A program made the translations under genes and the position numbers. Shown piece by piece: positions 12,626-25,701 of a stretch of DNA of 64,000 nucleotides (its first letter is position 1; each line of letters starts with the position of its first letter). The DNA is from the human T2T-CHM13v2.0 reference genome, Homo sapiens, in the NCBI RefSeq assembly GCF_009914755.1, contig NC_060927.1, one strand, 5' to 3'. The notes beneath the pieces are model-generated. The model searched no databases. It saw only the letters and a program-made list of their open reading frames with translations, and was not told the DNA's origin.

Positions 12626-13604
12626 ATAAGACATGCACAGAAACTGCTGCAAGCAAGCAGATGCTTACTCAGGTCCTGTTTTTCTCAGGAGATACCTCTT
12701 TTCTAAGATTTTACTATAGTGAGTTACCCTGTGACCTCAGTTTTCTGATGGCCTCAAGAAAAGTTATCAAATTTGCAGCCTGTCCAACATTTTCAATGTT
12801 GTAAGTGTGGAGCTCTCTATCTTTCTACATGTCTGAGCTGAAACTAGAATTCTTGATTATGTTAGTTTTTAATTTCAAAATCCTAACCAAATTTCCTTAA
12901 ATAAGACGTGTTACTCTGAGGCTTAACTAGGAACCAACAAAAAGAAAGACTTTTGACTTCTGTAATATCAGTTTTGTTATTTCCCCACTGGTACTTTGAT
13001 CTTTCCAGACCCTCAAAACAAAAGGAAAGACAGGACAAAGAGCACCATGTTTTCTATCTCTCCATTGTCTTGCTTCAGCATTGGTGAAGTCAGGGTCCCC
13101 CGAGAGTGAACTGATCTAGGAAGAGAGTAGCCAACAATTCTGATAGGAAAGGGCTTATCAGAATTGAGATGGTTTTCTTGCTACACTTAGCTACTGCACT
13201 GGAAGTCATCATGGCAGGAAAAGTAAGGTAAAAACCAGAAGTTTATTGATTAATGAGGGCTTTTCCAACAGCAATTAGGGCACGCTTCCTTCACCTCTCT
13301 ACTCTAGACGCTGCTATTACTTGTACCTAGCACTACGGAGACATTTTATTCCTCTAAGACTCTTGACATTTTTTGACAACTCCCTTGTCTGATATTCAAT
13401 AAGGTTATTTACCAAGGTAAATTTATTTTATACAGTACAAAACATTAAAACTTTAACAATCTTTATACATAGGCATCCATATTCATGAGCAGTATATCTA
13501 CTACACTTCTAAACAGGAAATATACCTAAAAATATTAAGTGTCATAAAAACGGGGCATCCAGGGGGTAATAATTCCCCCCAAGTCCCTCTCTACTACTGT
13601 AGCC

Positions 13605-13832
13605 GAGGTACAGTCCAGCAGTAAAAGTACAGTCTTTCAAATCAGGCAACTTGTGTTTAATTTTCAGCTCTCCATTGTTAACATTATAAACCTTGTTTTC
13701 CTCATCTCTAAAATAAGTAAACTAATAGTATCTGTCTCATGTGAGTTTTTGTGAGTTAAATAAATACATGTAAAACATTTGAAAGGGTAACTGGCATATA
13801 GTAAGTGCTCAGCAAACATTGAATGCTATTAT
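13605..13832 (+). mobile_element. MIR SINE
   Basis: TTTTCCTCATCTCTAAAAT...ATGTAAAACATTT...TGGCATATAGTAAGTGCTCAGCAAACATT. Confidence 0.8.
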
Positions 13833-15518
13833 CTTATTAAAAGATTCTGCTGAAGTCAAGAATACAAGGAACCTACATCAATATGCAGTGGTTGAGGCCA
13901 GCAACCATTTTCAGGGGTTAGAAAGGTAACCTTTTTGAGATACCAGATAGATCCTGGTTGAAAGGTGAACAGGGAGTCGAGTTCACAAAGATCTTATTAC
14001 TTGACCTACAGCAAGTTGGATTTTTCTCAGACAGTACTTCTCTAAATCTTTTCACTCTTTAGGGCTTCTGATTAGATTAAGACTTGTTTTTTTTTCATTC
14101 CAGTTAATTATGGAGGAAGAAAACTGAAGAAAGAAAATTGTTTCAGTATCTGGCAAAGAAGTGAAAACTGTGAAGAAAGAGAACCTGGTTCTGCTCTGAA
14201 ACATCAAGAAGTGTGGCAGGTGGCTAGGTGCTTAGGTATGAGGTCCACTTTGAATCAGCTGGACCCAGTGCAACAAGAAATAAAAAGACATCTGTGTCCT
14301 TTTGCTACTGATATATGAGAAATTAATAACCCTTTTTTATAGCACTGAACAAATTCCAAAATCATCATAGGTATGTAACTTTCATATTCTCTAGTACATA
14401 TGGTTAGTAGAGCAGGGATTTATTTTTCTTTTATACAGATGGGAACACTGAGGCTCAGAGAAGACACATGATTTTCCAGGTGGCAGATGTTATTGTTAGA
14501 TCCTTTCAGGAATTAATCCACAGTGGTGAATGGAAAAGAAATTTCTATTTAACTTAAAATTAATGGGTAAGAATGTCATTCTATGTATTTCTTCTGAAGC
14601 ATTCTTATAATTCTGAATTATAAGAGTCTTTCCAGTCTTAGAGGATGCCTAAAACATCTCTTCTATATTGGGCTATTACTACTTAATTCATTGTTTATTT
14701 CAAACAAAATATGACATCTTTAGTACACCTTGATGTTTTTGTCCTTCTGCTCTTTTGTTTGCAAACTCTGACCTTTTGCTTCCTCCAACTTTCCTCCTCC
14801 CCATCCACTCTGGAGGACAGCTAGGAGGTAAATGCTGAAGCTGGCAATGTGTGCTCACCTCCCAGGCTCTGCCTTCTCCCTCATGAGCTGCATGTGTATA
14901 TTCCTCACATGAAAATTTGTCAGCAGGCATTGTGAGTCCCAGTCCCCTGTACACCTCAAACCCTGCCTCTTGAATTTGTGTCTGTGTTAGCCATACTGTT
15001 GCCTGGGTGATGCTTGCCTATTGTGGTACACAGCTGAAGCAGGATATCTATTCTTCTTTAACACTTCTCTGTCTTATTTAGTGAATTGCACCCAGTCTTG
15101 GCTGCTAGAAAAGTCGGAGTTTTGAATGAGTTTCTTATTAGCTTTCTTTTTTTTCCATCTGTATTTAGCTATGTTATAAAGTCCTTATTTATTTTTTTCT
15201 CTGGTTCATTGCCTTTCTGTCTCCATGTCTTTGGCTCTCTCAATTTGGATTTTTGTTTTCTTTAATTTTTTTCCTAATTATTCTGATTGTTCATAATGAT
15301 TATAGAAAATCTGGAAAATGCAAACTTATAGAAGAAAATAAATACTCATACTATTGAGCAGTGATGGACAATCCACTTTTTAGGAGCTGCACTTTAAACT
15401 ATTTAAGTAAAAAAGTCAGCATCCATTAGCAATACCCAGAAGACTGCCTCATGTTATTTACTTTAAGCTACTTATATTTGATGGCCAGGACACTCAGATT
15501 TTTGTGGAGGATTTCAGG

Positions 15519-15544
15519 ATCAATCAATCAATCAATCAATCAAT
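15519..15544. repeat. (ATCA)n microsatellite
   Basis: ATCAATCAATCAATCAATCAATCAAT. Confidence 0.9.
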
Positions 15545-15719
15545 AAAACTGTACTTGAGATAGTATGTGGTGAGTTATACTTAATTTTTAAATTCTTATT
15601 TTGATTACAAATTTATTTTCCTTAAATGGGGAAAAAAACAACTGAAGTTGAATGTCAAGAAGTTCTTATTTTTACATACAACAGTAATTTAGAACGAATG
15701 AGAGAGAGTTAGTATCCAA

Positions 15720-16116
15720 CTACTCCGCCATAAAAAAGAAATGAATTAACGGCACTCAGAGTGACCTGGATGAGATTGGAGACTATTACTGTAAAAGTGA
15801 AATAACTCAGAAATGGAAAACTAAACATTGTATGTTCTCACTGATATGTGGGAGCTAAGCTATGAGGATGCAAAGGCATAAGAATGATACAATGGACTTG
15901 GGGGGATTTGGGGAGAAGAGTAGGAGGGAGGCGAGGGATAAAAGACTACAAATAGGGTGCAGTATACACTTGGGTGATGGATGCACTTGGGTGATGTGTG
16001 CTCCAAAATCTCACAAATCACCAATAAAGAACTTACTCATGTAACCAACATGAGTTATAAAGAACAACTAATGACCTGTAATAACCTGTGGAAAAATAAA
16101 TAAATAAGAAGAAAAA
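15720..16116 (+). mobile_element. L1PB1-like 3' end (5'-truncated)
   Basis: GCTAAGCTATGAGGATGCAAAGGCATAAGAATGATACAATGGAC matches the L1PB 3' UTR. A-rich tail. Degenerate TSD AGAG(T/A)TAGTAT(C/T)CAA at ~15705-15719 and ~16117-16131. Confidence 0.85.
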
Positions 16117-16588
16117 AGAGATAGTATTCAATAAAATAAAAGGTGAAGAACGATGTCTGGTATACCAGTCAGCTGAGTTACAAAAACAAAAATCTGTGTC
16201 TGTGTGTACATGTGTGTTTTATTTTATATCTTTCCTTTTGTGTTTATACATATCCATACCCACACACAGAATCTGCTTGTACAGGGATAGAATGTCTCTA
16301 GAAACAGTTACAAGGAAGTTATCACACTGGTTTATTCCATGGGTGGAGGTACGGGAGCTTGTGTTCAAAGGAAATTTTTTTACTATATACTTTTCACATC
16401 TTTTGCGTTATTTTGTGAATGTGTTACTCTTCCAAATAAACACACACATTAACAAAACAATACAAACACTAAGGAAAAAATTTCAGAAGAGAGAGGTGAA
16501 TATTTTTGACTCAGATATCCATCTGGCTTTTGAATTCTCCAGTACTCCTTGCAATGAAATTGTCAAACTGCCAACAGAGAAGCATTAT

Positions 16589-16985
16589 TCAGGGTTCTTG
16601 GTTTTCTGAGTGTCAAGGCTCTCTTTGGCATTTGGTAATACTTTAGAAATGTTTACAGAAACAAAATTCATGGGAATAAAATATAGAAGTTATATTGAAA
16701 AAATTAAAATATTTTTAATTTGTCGATTTAGTAATAAATGAACTGCTTTATTAATGCTATATATGATTTACTGACATGAAATTTTGAATTATCTACAAAA
16801 ATTGTAGTGTGATATAAAATTATTCGTAATTTCTATTGGTGATAAAGCACTCTAAATAGTACTGTGGTTTGTTGTTTACAATTGTCATTAAACGAAATGT
16901 TAAATTTCTGTTGGATGTTAGTAAGAATAAAGGAATATATTTTTTTCCTACTCATGTTCACAGACTCCTGAAAGAGTTTTTGGGG
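16589..16985. mobile_element. hAT-Charlie DNA transposon relic (Charlie4a-like)
   Basis: Starts CAGGGTTCTT; contains ATTTCTATTGGTGATAAAG and TTTTTTCCTACTCATGTTCACAGACTCCTGAAA. Confidence 0.6.
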
Positions 16986-17089
16986 GTATGCTGGAAAAGA
17001 AATAACTTTGGATCAATCCACTGAACAAAACATAGTAAGGTCTATGACGGAGCACTAGCCAGCCTGAGGATATCCCAAGACTCACCACA

Positions 17090-18620
17090 GAGACAATGTG
17101 TGAGCTAGGTCTTACAAGACAAGCAAGAATTTGCCAGATGAATAAGGAGAAAAATGAACGTTTCAAGAGAAGGAACAATGTGAACAATAGCAGAAAGGTG
17201 TGGAAACTTGTGGAACTGCAACACAGAGACAATTATTTGTATTTCATTAATCCTGATGCACAAAGTAAAGGGAGGAGTTGGGGGAGATGAGTCTGCAGAG
17301 AAGGACACGAATGTGCATTGGAGAACGCTGTACGCATTGCTGAGGAGCTTGGATTTTATTCAGTGAGCAACGGGGAGCCTCTGAAGAACTATAATGAGGG
17401 AAGTTACATGGTCTGAATTGTGTTTTCTGTTGAGTGCTCTGGCTGCACTATGGAAGATGGGTTTAGGTTGGTGGGAGACCTAAGTCTGTGCAGAGATAAT
17501 TAGTAATGAAATGGGAACATACCTTTTAGAATGAGGACATAGGATAGCGCTAAGAAATACTTATGATACTGTGGTAGATTGGGTCGTAAGTCTCTAATTC
17601 TTTGTGTTCTCCCTGTTTTGGAATTACACGCCCACAGCATTTGCCACGTGAGATTGTCCCTTGCACTAGAGGCAGAGTATATTTCCCACCCCTTGTCTTT
17701 GGGCTTAATTATTTTCTTTGGACAATGGGATATGAGTAGACTTGTTATAAACAGAGGTTTGATATGTGAGTATGCAATTAACCCTCTTGAATTTATCACC
17801 ACAAAACATACTCTAGGTAGCTTCTAGTTCCAGGAGGATGGGAATACCTCTGAATCTCATACTTGGTCTGAGGCCAAACCCAGTTGCCTTGCAGTCTGAA
17901 GCAGAGCATCCCTGATAGGTCCAGCCTAAATCAGCAGAAACACAGTCACCCCCTAGAACCATACAAATGAGAACAAATGCCTACAGTGGCCAGCCACTGA
18001 GATTTTCAGGTTGTTTTTTATGTAATACAAGGTGATAAGTAGAGATATTAAGTTAGAAGTATTCAGTAGTTGAATGGATATAGAGTTTAGAAAATGGGGA
18101 ACCAGTGGAAGAGATTCTCTAGGTTCTGATTAGAGTAGTTGAGGATATAACAGTTCAAAAAATGAGACAGAATTAGTGGAAGAGAAACAGCTTTTGTGGC
18201 AGAAGTTAACGAGGTCACTATGAGATATTTTGAGTTGGAACTCTTGGTGAAACATTTACATGAGATGATTTAACCTTCAGTTGTATATTTAAGTCAAGGT
18301 TTGAAAAGAAATCAAGATTGAAGTCAGAAAAGTGTAAGTCATTAGGTTATAGTGGGTAGCTAATATCATGAAAGTTATTAAGATGGCTCAGGGAGAGGGA
18401 ATAGTGAATATAAAATTGGGCCAAAGAAAAAACAGTGATAACTCAAAGAAAGTCTTGATAGAGTAGAAGGAATCAATAAAAGATGCTGAGAAAAAATTGT
18501 TTATAGCTAGATGGAGAAACACAGTATTACAGAAAATAAGAGATAAGTGAGTTTTAAGAAGAGATAGAACAATATTATTGAATATGGCTATAATGGGCTG
18601 GTGTAGAGCCAAACTGCAAG
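17090..18620 (-). mobile_element. L2 LINE fragments interrupted by an MLT1 LTR
   Basis: Purine-rich L2 antisense motifs (GAGGAGCTTGGATTTTATTC...GGGGAGCCTCTGAAG...CTCTGGCTGC). Confidence 0.65.
17570..18035 (+). mobile_element. MaLR LTR (MLT1H/I-like)
   Basis: TGTGGTAGA start; CACTAGAGGCAGAGTATATTTCCCACCCCTT; end AGCCACTGAGATTTTCAGGTTGTTT. Confidence 0.65.
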
Positions 18621-19620
18621 TGGCATGATTTGAGAAGAAAATCTTATTTTTGTCAGAAACATATTCCTAAACTAGCAATTGCATCCATATATCTCAACCA
18701 CAAGCAGGCCTTTATGTAATGGAATAGCAGATTCGGGAGATTAGTTACCTTTATATAAGTCTATTTATAATGTTATAAGCAAAATTGAACAGATTACTTT
18801 AAAACCCTACATATCAAATATTAAAGTATTTCTTCAGACTCTTTACATAATTAATATCTGATTCTTGAAACAACCATGGAGGTAGGAGCAACCGATGAAT
18901 TGCCATTCAAACTCAAACTTCAAATTTGGCTTCAAATCCCATTTCTTTAGCAACATTACATCATATAGATTATGGCTACGAAGTGGAATACCAATTATGT
19001 GTGAGTGTGTTTCCATGTCTCAGTATCTAATGAGCCCATTTGATCTATGAGAATCACTTTGGTTATTACCGAAAGCAGACAAGAGCATTTTAGCAGTAAC
19101 TATGCTTTATTGCATCTGTTAAGCAGAAATGTAGGCAATCTAGGATCAAGGCATGACAAAACGTGTTTCTAGCTCTGTTTTAAAGCCTTATTATGCTTTG
19201 CCTAAATGTTTTAAAACATTATGTTCCAGCAATGTTGGATTTAATTGAAAGCTGTCTTATAAAATTAATTCAGTCAAATGCAATTGGTGAAAGTTGTTGA
19301 GAGACAGTGGTGTTCATTTTTTCAAGTGCTGAAATTCTGATGGAGTTTGGGGCAGAGGAAAAAGAGTAAGACAATCAGTAGGAAGACAAATATTTCCATT
19401 TTCTTTTTAAATAACTGGTTATGATATGCATTTTAGGGTCATGTCCCACCACTCAGCAACAATTAATGCTAGAATATTGGTTATGTTAGTGAATATGCTT
19501 CTTTCCACTTTTTTCCCAGAATATCTACAAATTATATCATTGACAAATTGAGATGATATTCTTACAATTTACTGAGTCCTTTTTAAAATAAAATTTTATA
19601 TTCTATTTAGTTTTTTTATA

Positions 19621-20228
<608 letters not shown>

Positions 20229-20448
20229 TACAACATCATTTTTGATATGATATATCCACTACATTATTCATATACACAGACATGTGTTCCAGGCATCCCT
20301 TCTGCCTTATTTCCTTTTTAATAGGTTTCAACAGGAACAGGTTTGTGAAGACCAAAGTCAACAGTTAAGGGAGTAGTTACCATCGGAAGTAAACTCTATT
20401 GTACTTGAGGAGGGCAAGGTATAAAATTTAGTTACTTGAAATAAAATG

Positions 20449-20516
20449 AATAAAATGCATAACTTTGCACAAAGTATAAAATAAATAAAATGCATAATTT
20501 TGCACAAAGTATAAAA
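20449..20516. repeat. 35-bp-period tandem duplication (2 copies)
   Basis: AATAAAATGCATAA(C/T)TTTGCACAAAGTATAAAA twice, 1 mismatch. Confidence 0.92.
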
Positions 20517-21079
20517 GACAATAAGTGCTTTTGGAGAAACAGTCAAAACAAGAAGAAGTTGACAGAACAGTAGAATGCTTTTTATTCTTTGATCTTAGAA
20601 ATGGAAAGAGCCCAGAGCATAATTAGTCTATGTCAGATGGAGTTGTCTGTCATACAGAAGGTTTGTATCAGATCATTATTTTCAAAACTGGAAGACATGT
20701 TACACTGTTAGTATACAACATGTTATTTGGTGATACACTGATAAGTATGTTTCTTATATTTGTATTTATGAATATTGATAATTTTAGAAAAATAAAACAG
20801 CATCAAGATTCCATCATGGCCGCTATCACTTAAAATAAGGCTAAATAGTAAAAATAATTAAGAGAATTAAAAGAAAAGCATGAATTAATAATAATATAGG
20901 TAGTATGAAAATATGGCTCTGTGGAAATTACTCAATTTGGAGGAAATCCGGATTGGATACAATTTAAGGTACTATTCATAGCCAAAATTCTATGTATTTT
21001 CAGCTATTGCTTTGGAAAATAATATATATCATAGAACTCTGGACCTTGGGGAAATGGGTGGAGACACAGAGGGAGAAGG

Positions 21080-21540
21080 TTATTTTCATTACTATTGCTG
21101 TGAAGCAAATCACCTTAAAATTAGTGGCTCAAAACAACCATTATATTATGCTGATTGATAATGTTGGTCAAGAATTCAGGGAGGGAACAACAGAAATGGC
21201 TCATCTCTATTTTAGGTTACTTGAGGCCTCAACTGGGAAGACTTGAAGGGCCTGGGCTGGGAGGATTTAAAGATCAGGCTGATGACCAGGCTACCTACAT
21301 TTTGGCTTAACTGTGTGACACAGCTTCCTAACAGTGTGGCAACCTCAGGGCAGTTGAGCTTCTTACAGATCTGTTCAGTGCTCCAAGAACAAGGTGGAAG
21401 TAGACTCATTGTTTCAGACTAAGTTTAAAAGTCATACAGCATTGCTTCTAATGTATTCTATTGATTACAAGAGTCGCAAGTCCACTCAGAAACACAGACC
21501 TTATCATTGAATGGGAGGAGTATCAGAGAATTTGCAACTG
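21080..21540 (-). mobile_element. MaLR LTR (MLT1G/H-like)
   Basis: CTATTGCTGTGAAGCAAATCACCTTAAAATTAGTGGCTCAAAACAAC...GGTCAAGAATTCAGG. Confidence 0.65.
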
Positions 21541-21541
21541 C

Positions 21542-22461
21542 TGTGTCTCAGAAAACATTACAACTAAGTACTTTGACCTAAAGGAGACTGGTGGAGGTCT
21601 CAGAAGCAAGAAGCTCACTCTGATTTTTCCTGTCTTTCTGTGTGAAGGATGGTTGTAAAGGAATTGATATGGTTAGGCTTCCTGTCCCCACTCAAATCTC
21701 ATCTTGAATTGTCATCCCCATAATTCCCATAATCCCCATGTGTTAAGGGAGAGACCAGGTGGAGGTAATTGAATCATGGAGGTGTTTTCCCCCATGCTAT
21801 TCTCGTGATAGTGAGTGAGTTCTCACAAAATCTGATGGTTTTATAAGGGATTTTCCTTCCTCACTGGGTTCTTCTTCTTCCTGCCACCTTGTGAAGAAGG
21901 TTTCTTGCTTCCCCTTTGCTTTCCACCATCAATTGTGAGTTTTCTGAGGGTTCCCCAGGCATGCTGAACTGTGAATCAATTAAACCTCTTTCCTTTATAA
22001 ACTACCCAGTCTCAGGCAGTTCTTTATAGCAGTATGAAAATGGACGAATACAGGAATTTTCTGACCAACCTTGCCTCAAAATAGGTCATAATACCCTAGT
22101 TCCGAAGTGGTCCTGCCCCATAGCTGGGTTGGGGAGGGAAAGAAATGCTACACCAAGAAGCCAAGAAGAATCTGAACAAACAGGCCTTGCTGAATTTCCA
22201 CTCTTGGTCATAACTAATAGATCACACTGTTTTTATACAATCACATTTCTTTCTACAAAATTGTCCATTCTTTACACCACCAAAGCATAAAAATACACGG
22301 TTTTCCCTGAGTCTTTGAGTCATTCCTGAAAGCTTCTGTTTCATGTAAAACTTTGTTAAATAATTTTTTGTAGTTCTCTTACTAATCTGTCTTTTGTTAT
22401 AGGAGTATTAGCTATAACCCTCATGAAGGGCAATAGAAAGTATTACCTTTTCGCTCCTACA
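21542..22461 (+). mobile_element. ERV1 solo LTR (MER34-like) interrupted by THE1
   Basis: TG start and CTACA end; GCCAAGAAGAATCTGAACAAACAGGCCTTGCT and AATCTGTCTTTTGTTATAGGAG are typical of the MER34 group. Confidence 0.65.
21665..22052 (+). mobile_element. THE1C/D solo LTR
   Basis: TGATATGGTT...GGACGAATACA with exact 5-bp TSD GGAAT (21660-21664, 22053-22057). Confidence 0.9.
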
Positions 22462-23681
22462 CAGCTATTTTTTTTTAAATAACCTTAAAGGATGAAAGTG
22501 AGCTACATGGTCATGCTTTTAAATTCTATTTCCCACACTTTTACAAATTTATTCAACTCGGTTATGAAATTTTCTCACTAGTATTTTCCATGCATGTGAG
22601 TTTAACAGTGTCCCTCCTTAAATCAATATTGCAAGAATAAGTACTTGGAACAAAGTCACCTGACAAGGGTACAACAGAAGTATCAATTAAACACTTCTAC
22701 CACATTTACTGGGTTGCTTATCCAACTCCACACCCTAAATTCTTTTGATCAGAAACAGTTGCCTGCAAATGGGAAGGAAAAACCAGATGATTAAGAGGGT
22801 TCCAATGAGAGATGCGTTCCATCTATTGCATTATGTCCAATCACCTGGTGAATTTTAGTGATTATTCTTTTGGTGTATCTCACCTTTGTGCTATTACTCA
22901 GGGTAATGAGCAGAGAGCTTGAATTTTTTTAATGTGCTGATAAATATTTTCTGGTCATTTGCAATACTGCTAAATTTGTGGGATTTTTTGGTTGTCTTTG
23001 TTTTTTAAATTCTATCTCAGAAATAAGGAAATAAATAGGAAGACCCAGTATGGCACACTGCTATTCATAAGCAAGTTATCCTTTACTGTTTCAGCCACTG
23101 TTTAGTCATTGCCAAAGCAGTTCACATGCTCAAAACACAAATTGAAAAGGACAAAATTAATATGGCAAACTAGCCACTCAGAGCAGCTCTTAAAGGAGAA
23201 TAAAAGATCGTATCTGATGTATAGCTGATGTTTCCTTACAAAGGAGAAGGAAATCATTATCCATGTAGTAAAGTACATGAAACATGTAAGCTGGAAACCT
23301 AAATATTTGGTAGTAAAAGTTCCCATCTCTACATGGCTTTATCCTCACTCCTTGAAATAGTGAGATTGGTTCTAATGACTACATCCTTTTGAGTGGTGGT
23401 GTTCTCTTCCTCAACCCTATAATCCTCTTTGAAATAAGTTTTAGCCAGTAGAAATACTGTGCAACAGAAACATGTGATAATATGGTTAATATCCTTAAGA
23501 AGTACCCCTTACAAAAACAAAGCAAATTGGCTGAGAAACTCTGTTCAGAACTTGAATTCTTTCTGTGGTGGGTTTTACATACATGCTACCTAGCTACCTT
23601 TTTTATTTTTCTTATAGCAGTTTGGTTGAACTAGCCATGTATTTCAAAGCGAAGTATTTTGGAGGGATCCATGATAATGAA

Positions 23682-23837
23682 CAATGTTTCTCAAGTTTTA
23701 ATGTGTACAGGATTACCAGCAGATCTTGTTAAAAGTGCAAATTATAATTCTGTAGGTCTGGGCTGTGGTGGATAGGTGTGTCCTGAGATTCTGGCTCCAA
23801 GGCTGCTGGACCCAAGACTACACTTTGAGTTACAAGG
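23682..23837. mobile_element. MER5-type hAT MITE
   Basis: TTTCTCAAGTTTTAATGTGTACAGGATTACC...GATCTTGTTAAAA...ACACTTTGAG. Confidence 0.7.
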
Positions 23838-25029
23838 ATAGGAGGACACAGTGTATTTTGGATTTTCACCCATTAGAAGAATTTCAAAAATAACTCTAAT
23901 TATAATCAGCTTTGTATATTTCTCCATATACAAACTAGTTCAAATCATTACTGTAGTAGATTCAAATAAATAAATTTATCATCAAGTAAAAAACATTTCC
24001 AGCTTTTTTACCAGAAACACAAAGATTGTTAATTTCAGAGTTAAATCATTAGGAGACATGAGATAAATGGCAAAAGTACTTTAGTGTTTACTGAACATTT
24101 AATTAATTCATTTGAATTTATAGTTTTGACTTTGCAAGGCTGAGGTTCTTGAAACATGTTTTCCTTAAACACTAGCTGTTGTGTTCTTAACCTCAGAATC
24201 AGACAAACTGAACATTCAGTGCAGCCAACCACACATACAAACACACACATTAAAGCTAAATTTACTCTGTCCCTGTAGCATCCCCAAATGTGTATGAAGA
24301 AACCATTCTAGACATTTCTATCAGGGTCCGACCCCGCCCCGTACTAATTTTCAAGCTCTGAGACGAAATGAGAAGGCAACAGTGTGTAATTAGGGAAATC
24401 TATGATTTACACATTAATGAGCAAAGAAATGCAACCCACAGAGGGAAGAATGAAATTGTGGCCAGCTAATAAGTGTCTGTACTTATTAAGGCTAAAGAAA
24501 CAACCTATGAAACAAATCTAAGCCTTTCCTAAACAGTGCAGGATAATTATATTTGGCATGAGTTCCACAGGGAAGATGCAGCTTCAGAAGCTTAAAGAAC
24601 AGAGAAATGGGAAGAGGAGAGCCAGCTGAAGATATAAGTAAAACATTTTTCAGATATATCACAGATGAGGGAAAGGATAATGGTGAGAAAAAAAGACACT
24701 GAAGGCCATGGGGAAAAGGAGGAAAAATGAAATATGCCTTTTTAACCTCAGCCTTCATTCTGGAAGATGATGGGAAAATTTAAATTTCAAAGTCATCCAC
24801 AAGAACTTGGAGAATAACCTTGATGGAAAATTTCTAGCAGGACTACCGAGATCTTTAATGCCAAAAATCAAAAGAAACAGATGAACAGTCCCTTGAAGAA
24901 TTTATTCCTCTCCTGATGGTAACTTTGTTAAACACTGACTCTTATACTGGAAATGATGAAACAAATGTTATTTCTGCCTGTGAGAAGTTACAGTGGAGGG
25001 AAGAGTCTACAAACAGACATACTCATACA

Positions 25030-25275
25030 CTGCAGCAGTCTATATATGCAAGGCCAGTAAAAACTCTGGGCCTTTTTCTCACTGGGAGCTTTGGGTTCAA
25101 ACCCCAGATCCTCCATTTACTAAGAAATAAGTGACACCTTGAGGAAGACACTTTATCTTTTAGAATATCTGGTTACTTATCTTCAAAATGGAAATGATAA
25201 TATGTCTAAGACAAGACTGTTGAGAGAATTAAATATGAGAGAGCCCAACTTGCAAACACATAATATTTATTTTTG
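25030..25275 (+). mobile_element. MIR SINE
   Basis: TGGGTTCAAACCCCAGATCCTCCATTTACTA...CTTCAAAATGGAAATGATAAT...GTTGAGAGAATTAAAT. Confidence 0.65.
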
Positions 25276-25659
25276 TTTACTTTCTATCTGAATTAAAGCA
25301 TTCTGCAAAGGGCCAAGTTTAAGGATGATGTCATGGACATTCACAATAGTAAATGTGCTTTCCTTACTATTTCCCTTCCTTCTTTTTCTCTATCCCTCCC
25401 TTTTTTCCTTTTAACATTACCAAAAATGTCATAATAATGAATACAATTGCTCTACTTGGAGAGCTCAGAGTGGAATAAACAGAATTGTAAATCATTTCAG
25501 AGCAATGCAGCAAATTTTGTAGCAAGGTGAATCATAGTTATTGGAGAAGAATTAAGAATGAGACCTCTAATTATGGGCAGAGGGAATGGAAAGTTAAAGC
25601 TCATGGTAGTAAAAGTGTCTGGTAAAGGGTTTATAGAGGCAGTGACATCCAAGATAAGT

Positions 25660-25701
25660 TCAGACGAGATCAGGTGCATTCAGGGTGGCATGGCTATACA
25701 C
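25660..25701 (-). pseudogene. Tailless 5S rRNA retropseudogene (5S nt 1-42)
   Basis: Minus strand GTGTATAGCCATGCCACCCTGAATGCACCTGATCTCGTCTGA versus 5S GTCTACGGCCATACCACCCTGAACGCGCCCGATCTCGTCTGA (35/42 identical). Flanked by CAAGATAAG(T/C)T direct repeats; no poly(A). Confidence 0.9.

Larger units (their letters stand above)
11440..12850 (-). mobile_element. Old L1M 5'-end relic split by two LTRs
   Basis: 11440-11700 and 12640-12850 (GTGACCTCAGTTTTCTGATGGCCTCAAGAAAAGTT...GAGCTGAAACTAGAA) resemble consecutive parts of an L1MC/L1MD 5' end. Confidence 0.5.
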
